Shown piece after piece: positions 37,369-47,111 of a stretch of 64,000 nt of DNA (the first letter of the stretch is position 1; the number at the start of each line of letters is the position of its first letter). The stretch is from Pseudovirgaria hyperparasitica (Eukaryota): NCBI GenBank assembly GCA_010093815.1, contig ML996580.1; one strand, written 5' to 3'. The notes below the pieces were generated by a model, which did not search any database, had not been told where the DNA came from, and worked only from the letters and a program-made list of their open reading frames with translations. Made by a program: the position numbers and the translations under genes.

Positions 37369-40300
37369 TCACTCATCCTCCCCGCTCATCCCACCACTAC
37401 TCCACCTCCCCGCGTCCTCCCTCACCGGCCCAAACCCAGGCGTGCCCCTGCCCCCCTCTCCAGCAGCACCCATCGGCACCCTCTTACTCGGCACGCCCTC
37501 GCCCTTCTCCACCATCCTCATCGGACTACCCTCGCGCCACAGCAAACTAGGCGGCAAGCCCAGACTGGGGATGCGGTCGTCGGCAGCAGCAGCGCTGATA
37601 CCACTACTCCCTCCACTAGCGCTACCACTTCCGTGTGCGGGGGCGACGCGCGGACTGGGGCTGGCGCGCGGGCGCGGCGCAATGTCGTCGTTGTAGAACG
37701 AGTCGTAGAATTTGGAGAGTGCGAGCTCGTCGCTGCAGACGCGGCGGACGGTGTCGTAGAGGGCTTCGGCGCTGAGCGCGGGTGCGGCAGGGGCAGGTGC
37801 GGGGACGGGGATGGGGTCTGGGAGAGGGCGGGCCATGGGCGACATGGTTGGGGAGCGGAGGTAGGAGTTGCTTGGGTTGTTGCGGGAGTAGGAGGTGTCG
37901 AGTTTGAGGGCGGTGTCGAAGCGGGACTCGCGCGAGAGGGCGGCGCGGTTGTTGTAGAGGCGGTTGGCGAGGAGGAGGAAGTCGCCGTCGGTGGTGATTT
38001 GCGCAATCAGCACGCCCGACTTGTGGATGAATTGCGTGTATTTGTAGTCCGGCTTGCCCCAGCTGTACTGGACGTCGACGTCGGCGGGGAACGAGGCGGC
38101 GGATTCGACGTCCAGCACGAACCCGAGACTGCGCAGAAGGGCCTTGTGGTAGACAAACTCGTCAGAGACGGCTTGAGGCGCGAAGCTGGACGAGTCAAAG
38201 TAGTGTTTTGGCTGTTGTTTTGGCGGCGGAACAGCGAGGCGAATGCGATAAGGAGCGCGGAATGGATTGATCTCGGTAATGTCGCAGCCTTCAGCGATTG
38301 GCAGTTCTACAAGCTTCAGTCCAAACTTCTCCACTGTCGAGGCCCAGCTCATGATTGCATCCTCAATCAGCTTTGATGTGACATTCATCCAATCTATACG
38401 GATATGATAGCAATTGTCCGGATTGTGCAGCCTGTCATAATGAAGATTCACAATCTCCGGGCGGTAACACCTCTTTCGCTGGCCAACATCATATCGCATC
38501 GAGTGGCTCAGCATGACCTGGCGTCGCGGCGTTTGAGCTCCCGTTGGTGTCTTCTCCCCATCCTCAGATTTTGACCCATTCGAAGAACGACTTTCCGGGC
38601 GGCCCGACCGTATAGAACGCTGGTACAAAGGCGACGATTTTGGTGGGTTGTCCGACAGAGGCGTCGCGGGTACTGACCTGTCCGCTCTCCTTGACCCGAA
38701 CCAGGAACCCATACGTGATTCTGGACGTGGGGCTCGATACTCGCTGGCAATCTGATAGAAGTACTGACCGTCACGGAACTGATGTCTCTTTTGTACGTGC
38801 TGGAATAGGCCTTGCTTCATCAAGTCATTACCCACTACAACAGCGTATTCCCGCGATTCAATGTCCACAAAGTTGTGCAGCAGCCAGGTCGTGAGGTCTG
38901 AACCAACGAAACAGTTGTAATGCAGTTTCCAATGCCATCGTCGGTCGCGCATAGGTATGCCATCCTCGCCCTGTATGTCTTGCGCCAATTTTGCAAGGTC
39001 AAGCTTGTCCGAGTGGTACGCGCCCACATCCTCAAAGATCTGTGTTTCAAACAGAGCTGGCTCCCCTTCGGTAAGCAGCTTGCTCTCCACACCTGCAGCA
39101 ACTACAGCAGACGGATCTCTGGTCTGGTATTCGATTGCTAACGGGTTGGGATCCTTCTGTTTATGGGGCAGGTTCGGAAGGTGACGCTCCTCGGGTGGTA
39201 TCCATCGATTTCTTTGCCAAAGCTGTGTGAGCTTCTTGATGCCCTCGAGACGGACTTCCTCTTCGGAGTCTTCAGGAACAGGTCTACGTGTATTATGGGG
39301 CAGTTCAACGGGGATCAAAACAAATCTTGCTCGCCAGAAATGAAGAGGTTCTAGAAAGTCGTCCTGGTATCCAGCAAGGAACGCGTCAACAAGGTTCCAG
39401 TTGAGATCGTCCATCGGAGGTTTGAGTACAATTTCTCTCGGCGCATAGCCATCAGCGAGCTGTGTTCGAATCAGAGGCTTATACGTCAGAGGCTTGTCCA
39501 CGCCATCCTGAGTCTCTAACGCAGTAGTGGGCTTGCGATGATATCTCTTCACCTCGACCTCGCCTGCACTGATGCAAACCAGTTGATGAATGACACTTCC
39601 AACAGACATGTAGACGCTATCACCGTCTTGCGACATGTACTTCTCATCAAAGATGTTTTCGACTTTTGTCTGGGTTCCAGCTACCTGGGCTACCGATGGG
39701 CCTATGATGATCTGAAATCCATGCGAGAGCCTGAATGCTACCAGCTCGCGGATAAGAGGTTCCTTGAGTTTGTCTGTAGGCTCGTCATCGTCGTTATGGA
39801 TGACCTTGTACGGACTTTCATGATATTCCGTGGCGAGTTGATCGGCAGTTGGAAAATAGTCATTCGTCAGCGGGACAGAGGCAGGAGAAGATAACGACTT
39901 CCACTTGATATCTGACGTGCGCAGAGGGCGTGGAAAGACATGCTGCCATCTCCGGAATTGGCTTGCAATGCTGAAGTTGTTCTTCTTTGGATTGCAGGGG
40001 TTGACCAGCACCAGCCACGGAGCGAGTGCATTTGTTGGTGACAGCGTTTTTGGGATTATCGGACCCCCACCACTTGTTGACAGGTTCAGTTTCGGCCCTG
40101 TCTGATTCTGGAGAGCCCTAGAGCCGGCCAATAGAAAGAGCGAGCCGGTGTCTCTTGCTCCAAAAGTCCTATGGTTGCTATCAACCTTGGTTGTTTCGGA
40201 ATTGATGGTTCCAGTGGAACCCGCGGCTCTCTCCACAGGCGGAGAGCTGTCCCTGTCCGTTACATGAGACGAACTTCGGATAGTAATGGGCTGTGAAGGC

Positions 40301-43242
40301 CTCTCTTCCTTGTTGGTGTCGTGCTCTTCAATCTCTCCCAGCCGGGAAGGTGGTGGACTGGGATCAACAGACCGGTTGAGTAAACTCGACATCCTCCTGA
40401 TTGCCGGAGAAGGTGTATCAGTTCTCTGCGGCGGAAAGAAAGAAGACTCGACCGTTGTCGCTTTAGGGGTACCTGATGTGCGATCTGATCTCTCGCGTGC
40501 GATTTTCCCCATGCTGATGCTAGGTGATTCCACTGAGACGGGATTGATGCTAACACTGGCCGCGGGAACAAACCCCTTCTTGCCGAAGCTAATGTTCCGT
40601 GATAAAAGATTCAATCGAGGCAGACCCTTAGCAGAGCTGGATCCGGTACTGCCCTTCAATGTTTTATCGTCCGTACGTTTCTTGACTTCAATACGAGTAC
40701 CCTGATCGGCAGAGGGTACTGAGCGTTGTGGCAGGTCAGTTTTAGTGGGTAACCTTGGTAAAGAGTTCTGTGGAGAAATTTGCTCTTGCGACGATAGCCA
40801 ATTGCTGTAAGTCAAAACTTCAGGTTGCTCACTTGCGTTGCTATCTCTGTGCTTGGTACTTGGACCGCGCGATGTCTCGCGTGTCTTTACAGGTGGCGAG
40901 GAACCTAGCCAAGCCTCATACTGACGAGACCTCTTGTCCACTGTTCGGGGTCCGAGATTCGACTGCTCTCGTACACTGGACAACCGATTATTGTTTCTTT
41001 CGCCCATTATCTGATGCAGATCGATATTTACTGAAGTTGGTGGCCGAGCAGACGTCCCAAGTGATGAGCTCAAACGAGGGAGTACAGAAATGAACGACTC
41101 ATGTACGCTAGAAGGCTGGTACTGGTGTCTTTCTATATCGTCCAAGACTTTCTGCTCAAAGCCATTGGGGAGCTGCCGATGGTCTGGAGGATTGAAAACT
41201 TGGTCGTCGTAGGCTTTCATCCAAAATGTGTTGAGATATCGGACGTAGTTTCTTTCTTTGGCATTAATTGGGCGATGTGGCTCTGTATCGTTTGAATCAG
41301 GCCCAATATCGTTGTCCATATCGTCAAACGATAATGTAGTTCGAAGACCACGAGACGTTGAACGTAGTTTGTCGTTGTATTTGCGAAGAAGCGCAGAGTA
41401 TGTGCCATCAACATGCACAAATGGGACCGATATGCTGCTGAGCTCGTTTTCCATGACTCCCATCATCTGCAGTTCGTACATGCGACAACGCAGATTGAAC
41501 GTCTGTGTTCGCGGTCGGGTCCTTGACGATGGCCTCTTCAAGATGCTTCCGCGAGAGAGTTCAACCACCTCGTCTGACGGTCCAGACCAGAAAGATACGT
41601 CCAGCCAATGTGGTATTGCATATCTCCAGTTGCCACCCGTCAGCTCTGATAGTTCCGGTGGAGGTGTACTTCCTTTGAAGCTGCTTCCCAGGCGTTGTTT
41701 TCGAGGGCTCCCAATAGCACCGAAATTGGCCGAAGTCTGCCTCGGCGTGAGGTCATCGAAACGATCAGCTCCCAGTTCCTTAGGTCCTCTTTGCGCAAGT
41801 GGAAGTGCAGCCTCTCTTGCTCCTGTCATAACGCGAGGGCTGCGATATGTGAAGAGAGGCACAGAATGGAGCGGCATAGGTGAGAGACAGACCAGATCAA
41901 TCCCGATTCCGGAGCCGATCAGAGTGTCTGTAGTCAGCTTGAGCATGTTGTAGTCAACTTCGTGTACTCCAGTCCCAGGCGTGATGACTATCACAGAAAT
42001 ACCGGTGCGTACCAAGTCTCGGTCAATATGATCTTGTGAGAATTGGGTAACGGCGAGATTGATTGCCTCCAGAATGTTCCCCTTGGATGCTGTCGTGGGA
42101 ATGCCGGCAATCTTGACACCAGGAACCTTTTTCCCGTTAGTCGTGCTCTCTTCCTTCGGTATGAGCGAAACGTCGCGGAGGAATGTGCGAAATTCCTTCT
42201 TGAGTTGGTACAAGATCTTTATCCAGTCACTGTTGGCCATTTCGCTAACTACAACTCGATAAAAGTCTTTGTATGAAGGCTCGGTGGTGGCATTGTTAGG
42301 GTCCTTGTCGTACTCGACACGCGTGAACAAGATTATGGACACCAAATGACGAGCATTGATTCTCATCCAACGCTTGAACAGCTCCGGGAGAAAGCCGTTG
42401 ATAACCTTGTTGAACATGATCTCTCCGGTACCTTCGGTATCAAAATCCCACATCTCCTTTGACATTTGTATGAAGACAACATAGCGTGCAGACTCGCTCC
42501 GGAAAATTGGCTTGGTGGAGGGACAGAAGTAGGCCGAGTGTTTCGTCTCGCCATTCACAAATATATTCTTCACTGTGGCCTTGATCGTATTAAGGAACAG
42601 TAAATTTTGCCCTTTGTAAACGGTTCTCTGGTTCAACTGAGAAATGGCCAAACGCCACATGTCTGATCTCGCGAGATATTCATCTCGAAAGGTAATCTCG
42701 ACATGCGATGCAGAATTGCTATTTTCGTCAGCATTTGTAAGGACGACGCTCATACGGTCACGAAATCCCATAGTCTTAGCGATGTGCTTGCTAACAGTGA
42801 CTTGAAGATGCGGATACCGGTTCTTCAGCTCCGGTGGCATTGGTTTGCAAACGAACATGTATGACTTCTCGACGTCAACATCGCGCCCACCTGATATCGG
42901 CATACCCGACTCATCGAGCGTAAGCGTTACAGATGGCCTACGAGCTTTCTTTGAAGACTGACCAACAATCGACAGTCTCCGCACATTAGCGTCTTTGATG
43001 TCTGATTTGATGCGGAGGAGCGTGTCGGAAGATGTGTTCCTCACAAGACCTTGGAAGTCTCTGACAGCACTCGTATCCTTGACGGCAATGATCTGAACTA
43101 AAGAGCCATAGCTCAGACCAAGCTCCGGGAATTTATCGATGTTGAAGACAACGTCTTCACGAGACAAATCATCGCCATGAGTCCAGAGCGTGCATAGCTT
43201 TTGGAACTGTGTCGGCTTGTAAGAATTAGTGGACGGCGGCAT
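37369..43242 (-). CDS. IML1: Iml1/Sea1 (DEPDC5 orthologue), GATOR1/SEACIT subunit, 1957 aa, single ORF
   Basis: Conserved IML1 segments (FRDEYLARSDMW, FRSESARYVVFIQMSKEMWDFD, GNILEAINLA, RTGISVIVITPG, GIGIDLVCL), WKSLSSPASVPLT, DEP domain (RDRRWHWKLHYNCFVGSDLTTWL) and C-terminal LHYDRLHNPDNCYHIRIDW. Confidence 0.95.
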   Translation of the reverse strand: MPPSTNSYKPTQFQKLCTLWTHGDDLSREDVVFNIDKFPELGLSYGSLVQIIAVKDTSAVRDFQGLVRNTSSDTLLRIKSDIKDANVRRLSIVGQSSKKARRPSVTLTLDESGMPISGGRDVDVEKSYMFVCKPMPPELKNRYPHLQVTVSKHIAKTMGFRDRMSVVLTNADENSNSASHVEITFRDEYLARSDMWRLAISQLNQRTVYKGQNLLFLNTIKATVKNIFVNGETKHSAYFCPSTKPIFRSESARYVVFIQMSKEMWDFDTEGTGEIMFNKVINGFLPELFKRWMRINARHLVSIILFTRVEYDKDPNNATTEPSYKDFYRVVVSEMANSDWIKILYQLKKEFRTFLRDVSLIPKEESTTNGKKVPGVKIAGIPTTASKGNILEAINLAVTQFSQDHIDRDLVRTGISVIVITPGTGVHEVDYNMLKLTTDTLIGSGIGIDLVCLSPMPLHSVPLFTYRSPRVMTGAREAALPLAQRGPKELGADRFDDLTPRQTSANFGAIGSPRKQRLGSSFKGSTPPPELSELTGGNWRYAIPHWLDVSFWSGPSDEVVELSRGSILKRPSSRTRPRTQTFNLRCRMYELQMMGVMENELSSISVPFVHVDGTYSALLRKYNDKLRSTSRGLRTTLSFDDMDNDIGPDSNDTEPHRPINAKERNYVRYLNTFWMKAYDDQVFNPPDHRQLPNGFEQKVLDDIERHQYQPSSVHESFISVLPRLSSSLGTSARPPTSVNIDLHQIMGERNNNRLSSVREQSNLGPRTVDKRSRQYEAWLGSSPPVKTRETSRGPSTKHRDSNASEQPEVLTYSNWLSSQEQISPQNSLPRLPTKTDLPQRSVPSADQGTRIEVKKRTDDKTLKGSTGSSSAKGLPRLNLLSRNISFGKKGFVPAASVSINPVSVESPSISMGKIARERSDRTSGTPKATTVESSFFPPQRTDTPSPAIRRMSSLLNRSVDPSPPPSRLGEIEEHDTNKEERPSQPITIRSSSHVTDRDSSPPVERAAGSTGTINSETTKVDSNHRTFGARDTGSLFLLAGSRALQNQTGPKLNLSTSGGGPIIPKTLSPTNALAPWLVLVNPCNPKKNNFSIASQFRRWQHVFPRPLRTSDIKWKSLSSPASVPLTNDYFPTADQLATEYHESPYKVIHNDDDEPTDKLKEPLIRELVAFRLSHGFQIIIGPSVAQVAGTQTKVENIFDEKYMSQDGDSVYMSVGSVIHQLVCISAGEVEVKRYHRKPTTALETQDGVDKPLTYKPLIRTQLADGYAPREIVLKPPMDDLNWNLVDAFLAGYQDDFLEPLHFWRARFVLIPVELPHNTRRPVPEDSEEEVRLEGIKKLTQLWQRNRWIPPEERHLPNLPHKQKDPNPLAIEYQTRDPSAVVAAGVESKLLTEGEPALFETQIFEDVGAYHSDKLDLAKLAQDIQGEDGIPMRDRRWHWKLHYNCFVGSDLTTWLLHNFVDIESREYAVVVGNDLMKQGLFQHVQKRHQFRDGQYFYQIASEYRAPRPESRMGSWFGSRRADRSVPATPLSDNPPKSSPLYQRSIRSGRPESRSSNGSKSEDGEKTPTGAQTPRRQVMLSHSMRYDVGQRKRCYRPEIVNLHYDRLHNPDNCYHIRIDWMNVTSKLIEDAIMSWASTVEKFGLKLVELPIAEGCDITEINPFRAPYRIRLAVPPPKQQPKHYFDSSSFAPQAVSDEFVYHKALLRSLGFVLDVESAASFPADVDVQYSWGKPDYKYTQFIHKSGVLIAQITTDGDFLLLANRLYNNRAALSRESRFDTALKLDTSYSRNNPSNSYLRSPTMSPMARPLPDPIPVPAPAPAAPALSAEALYDTVRRVCSDELALSKFYDSFYNDDIAPRPRASPSPRVAPAHGSGSASGGSSGISAAAADDRIPSLGLPPSLLWREGSPMRMVEKGEGVPSKRVPMGAAGEGGRGTPGFGPVREDAGRWSSGGMSGEDE

Positions 43243-43837
43243 TCTCGTTGGGTGTTATGTAGTATTGAACTCTGGAACGCGGCGCTCAGTGCATTGCGCC
43301 TTTGCTTTCGAAGGCGCGGGCTTCGTCGAATCGTTTGAAGGCGTCACGTGGCGCATCAAAGTTATTCAACGGTTATCTGCTAGTTGCTAACTCACACGCG
43401 AGCCTTGTGCACCATTTGACGTGGCGAAGTGAAAATAAACGATGATCGATCACGTACAAGAGTCCAGAGATGATTTCACGACATTGGGAAGTGCCAAGAA
43501 GTGAGCTTAAGGCCAATGCTAGTACTAAACTGGTTAGCGTACGATGCATCGCACCCCTTTCAAGCGTATATATCCTTGTTGTTACAGCAATGATATCGTT
43601 CTCAAGGGTGATGAACGAAAGCACATGTCATCCTTAGGTTATCAATATGAAAATAGAACAGTGTATAAGGAATAGGGATGCACGTGCTAATCACGATACA
43701 ACACTTCCAGAAAGAGTGACTGATGAATATGATTTTAAGTAGACAGTAGACCTAGCGAATGTGAGCACTTTTGCAAAACCTGCTTGGATGCAGAATTTAT
43801 CCAAAACACGGCCCTATCTTATCCTGACCACGGGCAT

Positions 43838-46800
43838 TTAGAGGTCTCGGACGACGCGGGCACCAGCCCACGCGTAAGGGTAATTCCGCTGATACCAGTT
43901 GACACTATAATTAAGTCAGTGAGCTACGTATTTTTCCTTTGTAAATACACAGGATTAGACTTACAAACTCTTGCGCCCGGCAAGCCTTGGATGAGTAGCC
44001 CAAGATCCACCTAGAACGATGTTATGCTTACCGTCAAAGAAGTCGGCTATGTAGAGTAAGCAGAAGTGTCCACCTGATGTTTGTATGTCTTACCGGAGTA
44101 GCCAGGATATATATCCATAGGCTCGTAGCCTTCATGTCCCATTAACACTGTGCTCGTCCACTCCCAAAGACCTCCAAAGTCACCCTGACCGGAAAGTCTG
44201 TCACCGTTGGCGGCAACGGCTGTTGGGTGCCAATGCTTAAAGCCGACGTTCGCCCCACTGAGAGTAACGAAGAGTTCCTTGGGGTCTGTCCGGTGCACAC
44301 CATCGGAGAAGCCGTTCGAATTGGTCTCTGATGGTGGCGTCTCCTGGACGCCGTTGTTTGAGAGATGACTGGAATTGTCAGCACAAGATATACTCACAGA
44401 GTTGATACTTACCCATTCACGGCAGGAATAGTATTTGCCAGATTCTTATTAGCTTCACGTGTCTTGTGATCTACATACGCATAGATACTTCGCACTTCCT
44501 CCTCTGATGGGATGCGCCCACCCATCCACTGAGCGCATGCGGCGACTTCATCGTAGGACGCGGAGACAGGCCAGTCAAGGACATACTTCAGAGGAACGTT
44601 ACCGTATACCGTACGGACGTACCGATCCTGTTTATGTTACCAAACTACCGAGTGCACGGCGGCCCAGACTTACGATTGTTCCCTTAGCCAGAGGGTCACC
44701 GTCAGTGGCCCACGACGCAGGAATCTTGCCACTTTGGGTCGCTGTAAGATAATCGGCGTATTCGCCGTTAGTGATGGGTCGAGCCTTTGCCTCGAAAGCT
44801 TTGACGTTTGTTCTACGGCTCGGTACCTCGACATCCCATCCGTAATAGCGCGACGGGTCTCCAGTTCTATGTGCATCATCTAGGCCAAGGGTAATGGTGG
44901 CCTCGGGAACTTTAAACCACTGGTTTGGCACTGCTGCAGCTTGAGCTTGTGCGGCAAGCGCCTCAAAATCTGGAGCAGGAGTCACGGGAGGTGGGCGTGT
45001 CTTGTTGCTTTGAATCAGCATGTACAAGAGCGTCTCTAGGTGCATTATTTCATGTTCGTATCCAAACCATAATGCCCGTCGGACCAGAGAGTCATTCTCA
45101 GACTGTCCAGTTTGGTAGAGTTGCCGCACTCTCGAGCGGACCCTAGCCTGGTACTCGATGACCTCCTCGGCAGGCGGCCACTCGTCAGGAATCTCGCTAT
45201 GTGCGTGACACTTTTCCGGGTTGTCGACATCCGGGTCGATACCTCGTTCGAATATCTTTTGATAGTAGGCCGGCTCGGTCGGCCGATCAGCGGTTGCACG
45301 AGTTAGATGAATGTCAAGGAAAGTTGGAATGTGGCCAAGATAGAAAAGGCAGACGTTGCGCAGCTCGATAGGCTTCGATAGCAATTCGGTCCCAGGAATC
45401 ATCTCGCGCGTGACAAGATCCCACATCTTCCATAGCTCGTCCCATTCCCGCAAAGTGGGGACGGGTCGCGCCGCATATGTCTCAGGATCCATGGGGAAGA
45501 ATACACGTGGCTTGGATACGAGATGCAAGCCTAGAAGCAGGCGAATTGTGGTTAGCGAATGTCGTACTGCAGCGGAGAAATATGATAATGCTGTCAGGGA
45601 GGAGAGGGAAGGATGATACACAGGCTGAGAGAGGTTTGCTTGCTTAGGCAGCACGATTTAGTTTACCCAAGATTACCAGGTAATGGATGATTCAGTCGCG
45701 TGCGTTGGGGACTTGTTCCTTCTACGGGGGCGGCAGGTGCGATGATGACATCAGGAATGATAGTTTGATGGGCAAGTGGGGCAAGGTAGTGTAAGGTAGC
45801 TGAGGTACCGTAGTGTAGTAGTGTAGGTAGTGTTTGTAGGTAGATATAGGTAGGTAGGCAGTGTATGCTAGCGCAAAGAAAAGGATTGCTCGTGCAGGTG
45901 ATGGATGGGTAACAATCAACTTCATACTCACCATAGAAGCCAGCCCCATTTCGCCACTGTGCTGATTCCAGAAATCCGGTGCCTTGCCAAAGCTTCTCGG
46001 TCTCTGATGCTGAATACTTATGGCTCTCTTCAATACGGATGCGCTCTCCCTTGATGACTGCGACACCATCAACAATCACGTCTTTTGTAGGCGCCACAAA
46101 AGCAGCATGACGTCCATACGCTTCTTCGTACACGCCCACAGCCTCCCATTCGTCCAGATTGAATGACCCTTTACTGCCTAACAACTGATTGGCGTGCTTC
46201 AACCCATTCAAGGTGAATTGGTGGGTGACATTACTATCGTCGTTGTAGGCGCGATATACCTTTGGAGCATCTTTGCATGCGTCGATTCCAATGAGCATAT
46301 TGTCCCCAGGTTGCAGTACCTGACAGAAATCGTCCAAGAAGGAAGCTGCTTCACTTCTTTTGAAGTTGCCTAGACTCGAGCCTAGTGAAAGGACCGTTTT
46401 GGGTTTCGAGGACATGGAAGGCCGTTTCAGCCATTCGAGACCGTCATTATAAGTACCGTGGAGAGCAGAGCATCTGACGTGCTTGTATGTTCCGGGGCGT
46501 ATGTCGCTCAATGTGCGTTCCAGCTCAGCTAGGTTGAGATCTAGTGCAAAGTATTCAACTTCTTTTCCAGCTCTCTCGAGGGCTTGCAGAAGAATGTTGA
46601 CCTTTCGTAGGTTGCTAGAATGCTATTAGTAACCGGCAACTATGGCTCCGGATACAGTGTCTAAAGGCCGAGGGAGCGGATCCTACCCGCTTCCAAGCTC
46701 CAATATAATCGAATGGGGCTGTATACGTTGAGCTATACGATCGGCATACAGGCTCAGGACCTCGATTTCAGCATTCGTGAGATAGTACTCGTCGAGATAT

Positions 46801-47111
46801 GTTATTTTTTCAAAGAGCTTCAGGCCCTCCTCGTCATACAACAACAAGGTTGGCATGGTCTTCTTGCCGCCATCTGCTGGGCGAAGCCCTGTATGGATGC
46901 AATCGAGAATGTCAAACTCATCAGCATCACGGCGGATGTCGATGATGTTCAGAACAGGCGGAGCGCGATGAGCATCGCGAGACAGTTGGTGGTCCGACAC
47001 TGGACCAGTGAAAGTGGACAAAGTTTGAATAGCCATTGGAGGGGAATGGCGACTCTTCGCCTCTGTGCTTGTAGGGTACATGTACGACGGCGTGGGATGC
47101 TTTATATCCAT
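43838..47111 (-). CDS. EGT1: Ergothioneine biosynthesis protein 1 (histidine trimethyltransferase EgtD + sulfoxide synthase EgtB/FGE-sulfatase fusion), ~867 aa, 7 exons
   Basis: Exons 47111-46687, 46614-45932, 45530-44674, 44627-44413, 44368-44094, 44046-43965 and 43904-43838. All introns are GT-AG with branch motifs, and the exons sum to 2604 nt in frame. Motifs: PTLLLYDEEGLKLFEKIT, EYYLTNAE, ELGSGNLRK, AYND, FYLGHIPTF, FERGIDPDVDNP, HEIMHLETLLYM, WEWTS, DFFDGKHNIVLGGSWATHPR, NWYQRNYPYAW. Exact start Met uncertain. Confidence 0.93.

Noticed and set aside
37207..38376. 389-aa plus-strand ORF overlapping the IML1 3' end
   Set aside because: Antisense shadow of the GC-rich IML1 tail, with low-complexity translation.
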